Shown here: positions 9,916 through 19,271 of the stretch, piece after piece
Layout of the letters: each line of letters begins with the position of its first letter
Numbering within the stretch: the stretch's first letter is position 1
NCBI GenBank assembly: GCA_965216565.1
Contig: OZ244170.1
Location: 2,400,001-2,464,000 of the forward strand
DNA length: 64,000 nucleotides
Reading direction: 5' to 3'
Origin: Bythopirellula sp.
Lineage (GTDB): Bacteria; Planctomycetota; Planctomycetia; Pirellulales; Lacipirellulaceae
Notes under the pieces: generated by a model
What the model was told of the DNA's origin: nothing
What the model saw: the letters and a program-made list of their open reading frames with translations, nothing else
Database searches by the model: none
Translations under genes and position numbers: made by a program

Positions 9916-11682
9916 TTGCTCGTTGGGCCTGTATTCAGTCGCGAGGTAAATACCTCTCCGCGTAACTGGCGGCACTTTTTCTCGCGCTCGCTCTATGTCG
10001 CTGCGCTGTTTGGCTTGGTGGTAACTGCTTGGTTGATCTTGATGGTCGACGGGCTCGATGATCTGGCTCGATTTGGGGCGGCCGCCTTCTCGCTGCTGGC
10101 ACCACTCCAGATGACCATGGCAATGATGTTCTCCGCATTGCTAACCGCTGCCGCGGTGGCCCAAGAAAAAGATCGCCGGACGCTCGACTTGCTGTTAATG
10201 ACCAATCTCTCAAATTCAGAATTGGTTTTGGGTAAACTACTCGCCAGCATGTTGGGCGTCCTGGTTCTGATTGCTGCCTCGTTACCTCTGTTCATGCTGC
10301 TAACGCTCTTGGGAGGAATATCTTTCGGGCAAATTGCTAGGACAATGGCAGTGACTGTGTCAGTAGCAGCAGTGGCAGGCAGTTTGGGATCCATGATCGG
10401 TCTGTGGCGAGAAAAAACTTTTCAGTCGCTGGCACTCACCGCTTTGATCCTCGTGTTTTGGATCTTGTTGGGGGAAGCGGTCGCTTCTGGCCAAATGGGG
10501 ACAGAATGGGATGGTATTTCAACCGTCCATTGGGCTGCCGCAATCTCCCCGCTGCGGGCTATTTTCGCTGCAATGCACCCCTTCCCTCCGGCCACAGACA
10601 TCATGTTCTGGTGTGGGGGACCTGCGAACCTGTTCTTGATCCTCTCTACCTCCGCCGCGGTATTGATCAACCTCTGGGCAATCGCGCGCGTGCGCATTTG
10701 GAATCCAACCCAGGCGGTTATCTTGCGTCGAGATTCATCGGACAGCAGTGAGGCGGACGGTGCGACAAATGACCTTACCTCTGAAGACCATCAATCGAAG
10801 GTCGTTTGGGATAATCCAATTCTCTGGCGGGAAATTCGCACCTGGGCCTATGGAAAGAAAATCATTGTCGTCCGCTTGGCCTATCTAGTGATATTTGGCA
10901 TTTGTGCGGCAACCATGTTCATGGCCCTGGGCAATAGTGATGCGGGTATCCATTCCACGGAATTGATCCCAGCTGCAGCAAAGCCATTGGTACCGTTAAC
11001 TGTATTGGGTTTAGTGCTAGTTAACGCGTTAGCAGTAACTTCTCTGACGAATGAACGCGATCTTCGCGCCCTAGATCTCTTATTGGTCACTGATTTGACG
11101 CCCAAAGAGATCATCTACGGAAAGCTCGGTGGAATTTTCTACAATTCCAAAGAGATCATAATTCTCCCGATTCTCCTCTGTGGAGTCCTGTGGTTCACCA
11201 ACCATCTTTCGGGCGAGAATTTAGTCTTTGTCATCCTTGCCATGCTAGTGCTCACAAGTTTTGTAGCTGTGCTCGGCGTCCATACGGGCATGACGTATTT
11301 TGAATCGCGAGTGGCAGTAGCGGTCAGCCTTAGCACGGTCTTATTTCTGCTCTTGGGAATTGCGGTCTGTATGCGCATGATGGTTGCATTCCGTGGCTCG
11401 TTCAGTAAACAACTATTCGCATTTTCATCATTCATGGTCGGAGGGGGGGCGGGAATGACGCTGGCTCTGGGTCACAGGAATCCCTCCAATGCAATTTTCA
11501 CCGCGTCCATGATCACACCCTTCGCTACCTTCTATGTCATTACTAGTTTCTTGCAGGGCGATTACACAGCAGCTTTTCTGGCGACCGTGGTAACCTACGG
11601 GTTTGCAACAGCTACCATGCTCGTCCCCGCAGTGGACGAGTTCGATGTTGCAACTGGGCGGACCACATCGCAAGCAGGCTAA
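9916..11682 (+). CDS. ABC-2 type transporter permease (internally duplicated)
   Basis: Two copies of the E(K/R)D.R.LDLLL.T.L...E...GKL motif; about 12-14 TM segments; TTG start. Confidence 0.82.
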   Translation: MLVGPVFSREVNTSPRNWRHFFSRSLYVAALFGLVVTAWLILMVDGLDDLARFGAAAFSLLAPLQMTMAMMFSALLTAAAVAQEKDRRTLDLLLMTNLSNSELVLGKLLASMLGVLVLIAASLPLFMLLTLLGGISFGQIARTMAVTVSVAAVAGSLGSMIGLWREKTFQSLALTALILVFWILLGEAVASGQMGTEWDGISTVHWAAAISPLRAIFAAMHPFPPATDIMFWCGGPANLFLILSTSAAVLINLWAIARVRIWNPTQAVILRRDSSDSSEADGATNDLTSEDHQSKVVWDNPILWREIRTWAYGKKIIVVRLAYLVIFGICAATMFMALGNSDAGIHSTELIPAAAKPLVPLTVLGLVLVNALAVTSLTNERDLRALDLLLVTDLTPKEIIYGKLGGIFYNSKEIIILPILLCGVLWFTNHLSGENLVFVILAMLVLTSFVAVLGVHTGMTYFESRVAVAVSLSTVLFLLLGIAVCMRMMVAFRGSFSKQLFAFSSFMVGGGAGMTLALGHRNPSNAIFTASMITPFATFYVITSFLQGDYTAAFLATVVTYGFATATMLVPAVDEFDVATGRTTSQAG

Positions 11683-11749
11683 ATCGCAAATTGGTAGAAA
11701 AGAAATACTTCGGCTAGAGGACCGACGAACACAAGATTCATAGAAAACG

Positions 11750-13009
11750 ATGATCCTCGAATTTCTTCCCCACTTTATCGCAATGGCGTTCTTGGCAATC
11801 GCGTCGGGGTTTTTCTCTTGTAGCGAAGCGGCACTTTTCTCTCTCAAGCCCGACGATCGGCGAATATTGAAATCTGGCACCGTTGCGCAGCGAATCGCTG
11901 TGGAGTTACTGGAAAATCCTGACAAGCTGCTCACGGCGATTTTATTCTGGAACCTAATCGTCAACATTGTGTTCTTTGCCTTGGCATCAGTGATCGGGAT
12001 CCAACTCGAGCGTGAGGGCCGCACGGCGGAAGCGGGACTCGTAGCGTTGGGGTCTCTCGTGGCAATAATTCTTTGTAGCGAGATGGTCCCTAAGACCATC
12101 GGAGTCATGGTTCCCCAACTGATGTCGAGCCTCATCAGTTTGCCGCTGGCAATTGCAATCCGAGTGTTTGCTCCCATCGCACCTCTGTTTGGCGCGGTGA
12201 ATAGAGGTCTTCGGAGATTGATTTTTCCTAAGTTTCAGATCGAACCGTATCTGGAAATTAGCGATCTAGAACAAGCCATCTCCGTGAGCACCGTCGACAA
12301 AGAACTTGTCTCGCAAGAGCGTCTGGCCCTGCAGAATATTGTTTCCCTGTCTGATCTTCAGGCTGAGGAACTAATGCGTCCCCGTACTCAGTACCAGTCG
12401 TTTCATCCGCCTGTCAGCCTCGAAGACCTAGGCGGGCAACTGACCCGCAGTGGATATTTGTTGGTGACTGAACCAGACTCCGACGAAGTTGCAGGCGCTA
12501 TCGCACTCAAGTATCTCCCGAGCATTCCTCGGCAGCATTTGGAACATTTCGCTCAGCCTGTGGTTTACGTTCCTTGGTGCACAACGGTCGCAGCAGTGTT
12601 CGACGAATTGCAGTCTAGCAATCGCGAAGTGGCTGCCATCATCAACGAGCTCGGCGAGACTATTGGCATCATCACGCTGGAAGATCTGTTGCGGGCTGTA
12701 TTCGAAGAAGAAGCAAGCCGAAGTGCGTTGTTGTTGGCAACTGCTTCACTCGAGCAAATCTCGGAAAGCCGTTGGCGGGCCACTGGCATGACCGGCTTGA
12801 GGCGGTTGCGGCGTGCCTTCGATCTTACCTTGCCTCCTCGCAAAAGCACCACCGTGGGTGGCTTGATCCAGGAGAAACTGCAGCGGATTCCCGAGCCTGG
12901 GGATCGCGTGCGGTGGTTCGTCTTCGACTTCCACGTGATCGACACCAACCAGTTAGGACAGATGACTGTGGAACTGGAAATCCTCGATAGCCCTGTTGAG
13001 GAGTCATGA
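11750..13009 (+). CDS. CNNM (DUF21)-CBS-CorC/HlyC domain protein
   Basis: SGFFSCSEAALFSL, EMVPK, NELGETIGIITLEDLL, C-terminal TVGGLI...RIPEPGD. Confidence 0.88.
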   Translation: MILEFLPHFIAMAFLAIASGFFSCSEAALFSLKPDDRRILKSGTVAQRIAVELLENPDKLLTAILFWNLIVNIVFFALASVIGIQLEREGRTAEAGLVALGSLVAIILCSEMVPKTIGVMVPQLMSSLISLPLAIAIRVFAPIAPLFGAVNRGLRRLIFPKFQIEPYLEISDLEQAISVSTVDKELVSQERLALQNIVSLSDLQAEELMRPRTQYQSFHPPVSLEDLGGQLTRSGYLLVTEPDSDEVAGAIALKYLPSIPRQHLEHFAQPVVYVPWCTTVAAVFDELQSSNREVAAIINELGETIGIITLEDLLRAVFEEEASRSALLLATASLEQISESRWRATGMTGLRRLRRAFDLTLPPRKSTTVGGLIQEKLQRIPEPGDRVRWFVFDFHVIDTNQLGQMTVELEILDSPVEES

Positions 13010-13971
13010 CACAAATTCTATTAATATTCCTGGTGGGGTTATTGCTGAGCGCGTTTTTTAGCGGCTCAGAGACGGGATTCTATCGCGTCACAAGGGTGCG
13101 TCTCGCCATCGAGGCGCTTGCGGGAAGTAAAATTTCACAGGCGCTGATGTGGCTCACGGGACAACCGACCTTATTCGTGGCGACTGCCTTGGTGGGAAAC
13201 AATTTGGCCAATTACCTTGTCTCGTTGTCGGTCGTGATGGCATCGCAACGGCTTTATCCGACGGGCGGAGCATTGGTCGATGTGCTCGGGCCAATTGTCG
13301 TCGCCCCGATTGTATTTGTTTGCGGTGAATTGCTGCCGAAGAACCTGTTCTACGAAGCTCCCAATCGGCTCTTAAAAAGATGCGCTCTGCCACTGTTTCT
13401 CTGCACAATTCTCTTCGCACCCATAACGATCCTGCTGTGGTTGTTCGGTCGAGTCTTGCAGGTCTTGACCAAGTCGTCTCCCCAACAACTTCGTTTACGG
13501 TTGGCTCGTCGGGAATTGGCGGAGCTGATTGCCGAAGGGCACGAAGTAGGAATCCTTCGTCCCGCCCAGCAATCGTTGGCCCAGGCGATGATGGCGGTGG
13601 CGGCGTTCCCGGTGAAGCAGTATATGGCCCCCTCGGGCCGTGTCGTTCGGGTGACCACCACCATGAAAAAAAGCGACGTACTCCGCCTGGCCCAACGTCA
13701 CACGCGAACGCTTCTGCCAGTGGAGGACGCGCGCGACAATAGAAAACTGGTTGGCTATTGGCGTGTTGTTGATCTCTATGTCGACGATTCAGCCGAGCTA
13801 CCCGAACCGCTGCCGATGGTGGAACTTCGCGACAATCTATCGTGCCTGTCTGCCCTGAGACATCTGAGTCATGCCGAGGACCCACTCGGCCACGTGGTCG
13901 ATCACGCCGGCAATACCGTCGGATTTCTTACCGGGCGCGAACTACGCATGGCACTGTTACGGGCACAATAA
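13006..13971 (+). CDS. CNNM (DUF21)-CBS domain protein
   Basis: SAFFSGSETGFY, LVGNNLAN, GELLPK; ATGA overlap with the upstream paralogue. Confidence 0.88.
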   Translation: MTQILLIFLVGLLLSAFFSGSETGFYRVTRVRLAIEALAGSKISQALMWLTGQPTLFVATALVGNNLANYLVSLSVVMASQRLYPTGGALVDVLGPIVVAPIVFVCGELLPKNLFYEAPNRLLKRCALPLFLCTILFAPITILLWLFGRVLQVLTKSSPQQLRLRLARRELAELIAEGHEVGILRPAQQSLAQAMMAVAAFPVKQYMAPSGRVVRVTTTMKKSDVLRLAQRHTRTLLPVEDARDNRKLVGYWRVVDLYVDDSAELPEPLPMVELRDNLSCLSALRHLSHAEDPLGHVVDHAGNTVGFLTGRELRMALLRAQ

Positions 13972-13973
13972 GT

Positions 13974-14960
13974 ATGGTCGAACATCTCAAGCGTCGCTGG
14001 TTTCTGCTGCTGCTCTGCTTCGTGCTCGTTGTTGGAATGTCTGCTGCCGAACAACTTGAAGGCTTCGCCAAAGCCATTCCCAAGGATTGGGTGATCGCGG
14101 CGGTGTTGTTTGCCATGTCGTTGTCTCTACGAACGGATGCCATCGTGCTGGTGCTCCGCCGCCCTGGTCCGGCGGTACTTGCGGTCGTCGTCAATATGCT
14201 GGTGCTCCCATTGATTGCTCTCCCGGCAAGTCAACTACTGAACGACGACCTGGCGATCGGGCTGATCATTGCCTCTGCCGTGCCCTGCACGCTAGCCTCG
14301 GCATCTGTTTGGACGCGGCTTGCCGGCGGCAACGATGCGGTCAGCATGCTGGTCACGGTGATCACCAACCTCACCTGCTTTGTCGTGACGCCCGCTTGGT
14401 TGCTTCTATTGGAAGATCAGCGCGGCGAATCGATCGATCTCAAAGCCATGGCGGCCAGACTGTTTGCCATTGTCATTCTCCCCATGTGCCTGGCCCAACT
14501 CATGAGAGTACTCCCCGCCGTCCGGAGATCAGTCGACAGCGTCAAATTGGAATTGAGCACGCTTGCACAAATAGGTGTACTTGTCATGGTATTCATCGGA
14601 GCGGTGTTCAGCGGTTTGCAAATTGCTGCACTCGATGAGGAGCTTTCCGCCCTGACATTTCAACTTTGCCTGATGATCTTCTTGGCAGCAGCCATTCACC
14701 TAATCGCCTGGCGAATCGGATACTCGACGGCAGGAGCAATCGGATTCGCCCGAGCCGACCAATTGGCGGTGGCGTTCGCAGGAAGCCAGAAAACGCTGAT
14801 GGTCGGGCTCGCCATTGCGATCGAATACAGCGGACTCGCGATCCTCCCCATGCTGGCGTACCACGTCCTGCAGCTACTCATCGACACGCTACTCGCCGAC
14901 CGCTGCCGAGCTGGGACCGAGCCAGCGAGCAAGATAGGTGCCACACCTACCGACTCTTGA
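13974..14960 (+). CDS. Bile acid:sodium symporter-like (SBF) transporter
   Basis: PCTLASASVWTRLAGGN, FAGSQKTL, LPMLAYHVLQL; highly hydrophobic. Confidence 0.88.
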   Translation: MVEHLKRRWFLLLLCFVLVVGMSAAEQLEGFAKAIPKDWVIAAVLFAMSLSLRTDAIVLVLRRPGPAVLAVVVNMLVLPLIALPASQLLNDDLAIGLIIASAVPCTLASASVWTRLAGGNDAVSMLVTVITNLTCFVVTPAWLLLLEDQRGESIDLKAMAARLFAIVILPMCLAQLMRVLPAVRRSVDSVKLELSTLAQIGVLVMVFIGAVFSGLQIAALDEELSALTFQLCLMIFLAAAIHLIAWRIGYSTAGAIGFARADQLAVAFAGSQKTLMVGLAIAIEYSGLAILPMLAYHVLQLLIDTLLADRCRAGTEPASKIGATPTDS

Positions 14961-15173
14961 GGTGACACGAAGCACGTGCCACACCGTACAATTCTCTCTC
15001 CAGGTGCAGAGTGTGTTGGTGTGGGTGGCAGTTGATCGTGGGTGTTTGGTGTTTACGGCCGAGGCAGTTTGGCGATTGAGCGAAATGTGCTCGGGTATTG
15101 GCCACCCAAGCTAAATTATGAATCTCGCATTACCGCGATGTGCACGAGTGGCTTCACATATAACGGTTTGTTG

Positions 15174-16016
15174 TCAGGTTTCCGTCCAGCGCCCTAGATG
15201 CGGCGGTGGATCATCAACGCAGGAGCCGTGCACCATTGCCTCGATGTCCCGGTACTTTGAGAGGTATTCCCAATATGAAAGAGATGCCGTGCGAGTTGCT
15301 TCGATCGCTTGTCCCAGAAGAAGATAAAAATGCAGTAACACGTCCGAAGGATTACTCGATGTATGCACGGCGACGCCACGGGCATCCATTGGATTGGGGC
15401 AAACGCCACCGTCATCGCAATATGTCACGAGGTAACGATCGAGAGCAATAATTGCATTCGGCAAGCAGCTAACAGTAGTGCTGAACGCTTCTTCAAGCAA
15501 TACGTCCGCCATAGTTTCAGGGGCCATTGCATCACCGATCACAAGTAGAAATCCAAATATCTGATGCAGGTGATTCGCGGATGGTGACAATTTTTCCCCG
15601 TAACGAGTGTCATACGCAGTGCCGTTTGCTGAGCGATCTAATGCCTTTACTGATGCTAAATTCTCGATTGCATGTTTGAGTTTATCCTTTCCGGTTACGG
15701 CGGATTTGACTTGCCCGACAGCAACGATAGCCTCACAAGGGAACAGAGACTTTCCACCCGGGATATTAAACCGAGGGCAAACGTTGGCGTCAAAGATCAC
15801 AATGTCCAACTGGCGGCTGAGACGTCCTGTGCAATCAAAGGCGAACCCCGTAGAAACATCAAATCGTCGTGGAAGATGTGCGCTGAGAAACTCACGCACG
15901 ATCTGTTCACGGGCGGTTCCCAATTCGCCAGGGTGTGGGAGTAATCGCAATTGCAATTCGGCACGCATATTGTCGGCAGCTGCTACGAGCAAATCTGAAA
16001 GTGGAAGTTCACTCAT
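15174..16016 (-). CDS. DUF6602-family protein (predicted restriction-endonuclease-like fold)
   Basis: HPGELGTAREQIVREFL..LP, SRQLDIVIFD, FPCEAIVAVGQVKS (D...Q-x-K variant). Confidence 0.72.
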   Translation of the reverse strand: MSELPLSDLLVAAADNMRAELQLRLLPHPGELGTAREQIVREFLSAHLPRRFDVSTGFAFDCTGRLSRQLDIVIFDANVCPRFNIPGGKSLFPCEAIVAVGQVKSAVTGKDKLKHAIENLASVKALDRSANGTAYDTRYGEKLSPSANHLHQIFGFLLVIGDAMAPETMADVLLEEAFSTTVSCLPNAIIALDRYLVTYCDDGGVCPNPMDARGVAVHTSSNPSDVLLHFYLLLGQAIEATRTASLSYWEYLSKYRDIEAMVHGSCVDDPPPHLGRWTET

Positions 16017-16052
16017 TTTGCTGAATTACCATTATTAATTTCCAGTCTAGAG

Positions 16053-16844
16053 CTAAATCAATTTCGTAAAACTTCGAATCATTTCACTTCGAGATGCAGC
16101 ATTTGCTGGTGCGACACGGACACGTTTTGGCATATCATCGAAAGTTCGTCCCTCTAAAAGTCTACCCGCTTCACGCTTACGTACGCCTCCCCACTGCTTG
16201 AAGAAGAATGGGACATCAGCTTCTAAGCACTGACGTTTGATGCCAAGAACCCAATTTGGATCTAATGGTCGTGCACCAGGTCCACTTTCCCCGCCGACGA
16301 TAACCCAATCGATCCCCGTGAGATCAATATCACCTAAATCTTCCAGCAGCGGCTCGATCGAGAGGAAACGCACAGCAGCGGGTGCCCGGCGGAGTAGGTC
16401 AATTCGTGGTACCCCATACTTTCTGTCCTCGACACTGACGCCCCACCAAATGTGCTCTAACTCGGAGGCGAATCGAATCCTGCCAGACAACATTTCTTTA
16501 AGTCGTTCACCTCGCTTTGTAAGCACCTGATAAGTATGCCAGTTAGCCATCTCCATCACACGCGTAACCTGCTCTACGTATTCGTCTGGCACACCATCTT
16601 GAAACAAGTCGCTCATAGAGTTTACAAAAACGACTCTTGGAGTGCTCCAACGTAGAGGATCTACGAGCTTGTGGGGGACAATGCGGAGATCAAATCCCTG
16701 TTCGTATGGGTGGCCTGGCACGCCCCTAAATCGCTCGGCAAATGTTTCTGCGTAGCAGTGTTTGCAGCCTGGGCTCACCTTCGTACAGCCCCTAACAGGA
16801 TTCCATGTTGCGTCGGTCCATTCGATGGATGATTTAGCACTCAT
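16053..16844 (-). CDS. DUF5131 / phage Gp37-Gp68 family three-Cys (radical-SAM-like) protein
   Basis: IEWTDATWNPVRGCTKVSPGCKHCYAE (Cx6CxxC), FVNSMSDLF, QVLTKR, SIEPLL, WVIVGGESG, FFFKQWGG. Confidence 0.93.
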   Translation of the reverse strand: MSAKSSIEWTDATWNPVRGCTKVSPGCKHCYAETFAERFRGVPGHPYEQGFDLRIVPHKLVDPLRWSTPRVVFVNSMSDLFQDGVPDEYVEQVTRVMEMANWHTYQVLTKRGERLKEMLSGRIRFASELEHIWWGVSVEDRKYGVPRIDLLRRAPAAVRFLSIEPLLEDLGDIDLTGIDWVIVGGESGPGARPLDPNWVLGIKRQCLEADVPFFFKQWGGVRKREAGRLLEGRTFDDMPKRVRVAPANAASRSEMIRSFTKLI

Positions 16845-18001
16845 GTCTTTTTCCTCTTCTTACGCTTCTGCTTGAGCTTGGGGAAGGTGAAGGTGGTTCT
16901 GTCGGCACATGTGATCTTTCCTAGTCGCTTGGGACGTTTGTCGTACGATGGATTCCCCACGATCTTGCCTTCTTGTTCAAGGCATGTCAAAACTTCTTTG
17001 TAGTTGGATTCTATGTAGGGAAGTCCTACATTGTGCTGTTCGTATATTTTGCTCATAGTCACTGTTTTGCCCGCAAAGTCTTTCATTAGAAGAGATGCCA
17101 AGTCTTCCAAAGGACGTGCGAGATCAAACAATAGCGGCTGCCGTTTCGTGGCAGGGCTGTATTCGAACGATGGCACACCCTGGGCTCTCGACGAGCTTTC
17201 TTTGGCCATCACTTCCTTCATGATTTTGTAACCCAATGGGTGCTTACTTACAAAGATCAAATGGTGGCTAGTCCGTGTACCTTCAGCGTTTCTGAAGCGA
17301 AAAGGAAGTGTGAACTTCCCGCCCATATCCACCAACGCCGCAGACAATTCTTCGATAATAGTTAGCTCGCGTTCTGCTGGATCAAGATCTTGAAGTTTAT
17401 CGCGCATTGCATCACCTCGATCTTCACCGAACAACGCATCCATATGCTCTTTAACAAGATTGTTGCTTAGGCCCATATTGATTCGATTGTAGTTGAAGAA
17501 GAAAATGCATTCGCACGCCCAATCTTTGAGCACTGAATTGATAAGCCTCAAGGAGAGTCCTTTGTATCCCCATGGGTCAACAAACATCAGCGTCGGAATG
17601 ATATTCATCTCTTCAAACTCTTTGACGATGCTTGTCCCAACTTCTTGAGTGCTCAAACCTGGAGCGTGTTTCAACGTTTCGACACCTTGCAGTTTCTTTA
17701 TCTCTTTCAACAGAGAGCTGGCGTTTTCACTGTCTTTATCATTAAACATCGTTACCAAACTGTTTCGCAGGCTTTCATCAGCGATTGCTTGTTCCAATAT
17801 GTACAGGGGCGTCGACTTTGATCCGTTCTTGTATCGTCCTGGCCCTGCGAAGAGGTCTACGTAGCCTATCCGCTGCTCCTGGCCCACTCGCTTTTGGTAT
17901 CCAAGTATCACCTTTGACCATGCTCCAAAGTACTTGGCTACAATCGTAGTCTTGACCTCAGATTGCTCGGCTTGCTCGTCAAAAAAAGGATGCTTAGCCA
18001 T
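16841..18001 (-). CDS. tcmP: Three-Cys-motif partner protein TcmP (SAM-methyltransferase-like)
   Basis: YVDLFAGPG, STP and FVDPWG motifs; ATGA-coupled to DUF5131, its known partner; C-terminal wHTH-like region. Confidence 0.85.
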   Translation of the reverse strand: MAKHPFFDEQAEQSEVKTTIVAKYFGAWSKVILGYQKRVGQEQRIGYVDLFAGPGRYKNGSKSTPLYILEQAIADESLRNSLVTMFNDKDSENASSLLKEIKKLQGVETLKHAPGLSTQEVGTSIVKEFEEMNIIPTLMFVDPWGYKGLSLRLINSVLKDWACECIFFFNYNRINMGLSNNLVKEHMDALFGEDRGDAMRDKLQDLDPAERELTIIEELSAALVDMGGKFTLPFRFRNAEGTRTSHHLIFVSKHPLGYKIMKEVMAKESSSRAQGVPSFEYSPATKRQPLLFDLARPLEDLASLLMKDFAGKTVTMSKIYEQHNVGLPYIESNYKEVLTCLEQEGKIVGNPSYDKRPKRLGKITCADRTTFTFPKLKQKRKKRKKT

Positions 18002-18073
18002 TGCAGGCCCTTCATGAAAGGCATTCTGTAGGAATCTAGTCGCGTCAGCGGGGCTTATGAACCCACTACAATA

Positions 18074-18102
18074 AGTGTACTGATGACCACTAATCTGGGC
18101 AA
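18074..18102 (-). promoter_or_regulatory. Putative sigma70 promoter of tcmP with an overlapping palindromic operator
   Basis: Minus strand TTGCCC-17 nt-TACACT; operator AGTGTAC-TGAT-GACCACT (18074-18091) covers the spacer and -10. Confidence 0.6.
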
Positions 18103-18317
18103 CCTGAATGTATCAACCCGCGCGATTTTCGCAGAATCCCAAGCTGCACAGGTCCGACACGCTGAGGCACCAAAGAATCAGGCTATACCCTGCAAGAAAT
18201 GGCGGTCCTTCGCCTAGCTTTGGGCTCTTCAACTAACTAGGCCCGCGGCAGATTCAGCGGCTGATACAATGACTTCTCACCCCACCAGCAAACACTAATG
18301 CAATCCCTGCAATGCCT

Positions 18318-18440
18318 ATGAAACCTATTTGACTGGGTTTTGTCACTCTCGTGTTGCTAACTGGATTTTTGAATGGCAAGGCGGCGGCGGCTCAAGAAGA
18401 TTCGGCTGTAGTGCCGCAGTGGGAGGAGATAGTCGGCGGG
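18318..18440 (+). pseudogene. Remnant 5' end of a secreted-protein gene
   Basis: ATG AAA CCT ATT TGA ... reads MKPI*LGFVTLVLLTGFLNGKAAAA|QEDSAVVPQWEE, i.e. a signal peptide with an in-frame stop, running into the convergent acyltransferase gene. Confidence 0.45.
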
Positions 18441-18441
18441 C

Positions 18442-19227
18442 TCACTCCAGACGCCCCCGCGCTCGGTTCACCAGTTCTTGCACCTGGTCGTGGGCTTGGT
18501 CTTTGACTTGCATACTGGAGTGTTCGCTTTGTGAGATGGGGGCACCTGCTTCCACGGCCACATGTAGTCTTTTCAGCGAAGCTACTTCCTTGATATGGAC
18601 CATGAACTTTTCTTTGCCGTAGTAAGCAGCGTCGTCGCCGTAGGCGATTCCTAGGGGGACGATCTCTGCCTTGGCGCGACGCGCGGCGTTGAAGGCACCA
18701 TTGCGGAATCTTTGCACTTCGTCGCCGGGGCTCACCGTTCCTTCGGGGAACATGGCAACCGCTTCGCCGTCGGCGAGAACTTTTTCGACCTTCTTAAGAA
18801 CCGATGCCCCGCTCTTGCGGTTGCGGCGATCGACGAACAGGGTGCCCACTCGCTTGGCACCTGCACCGATCAACGGCCAATCGGCCACGTCGTGTCGGCT
18901 AATGCAATGGGCCTCGGCCACCACAAACATAATGGGAATGTCTAAGCCCGAGCTATGATTCGCCACAAAGATACGGCCCACACCATTTTCTGCGCAACGC
19001 GGATAGAGCTGGCCCTCCTCGAGATGGGGCCCGTTTCGCTGGACGACAACACCAAAAATCCAGAGGTTGATTTTCGCCCAACGCGGGACCCAGGTATTGA
19101 TACGATCGATCCGCGGACTATTCCGCCAGACGAGCCCGGAGAGTTCAAAACAAGTCCAACAGCAGACGGTATTGATCACAAACGCTACGAGGCGCGTAGC
19201 AAATCGCAGCGTTCGGAGAATCTTCAT
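18442..19227 (-). CDS. Lysophospholipid acyltransferase (PlsC-like)
   Basis: NHSSGLD (HxxxxD), FVDR and FPEGT motifs. Confidence 0.9.
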   Translation of the reverse strand: MKILRTLRFATRLVAFVINTVCCWTCFELSGLVWRNSPRIDRINTWVPRWAKINLWIFGVVVQRNGPHLEEGQLYPRCAENGVGRIFVANHSSGLDIPIMFVVAEAHCISRHDVADWPLIGAGAKRVGTLFVDRRNRKSGASVLKKVEKVLADGEAVAMFPEGTVSPGDEVQRFRNGAFNAARRAKAEIVPLGIAYGDDAAYYGKEKFMVHIKEVASLKRLHVAVEAGAPISQSEHSSMQVKDQAHDQVQELVNRARGRLE

Positions 19228-19271
19228 AGACGATTGATCGAGTGACCCCGAAAGCGGGCGCTTTCAAAATC

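Noticed and set aside
15151..15180. CACATATAACGGTTTGTTGTCAGG at the DUF6602 stop as an attC, dif or att site
   Set aside because: Only partial resemblance; no matching XerD arm, no attC-length stem, no partner site found at the other end of the cassette and no integrase in the window.
16053..16844. Gp37/Gp68 label as evidence of a prophage
   Set aside because: No structural, packaging, lysis or integrase genes nearby; the family also occurs outside phages.
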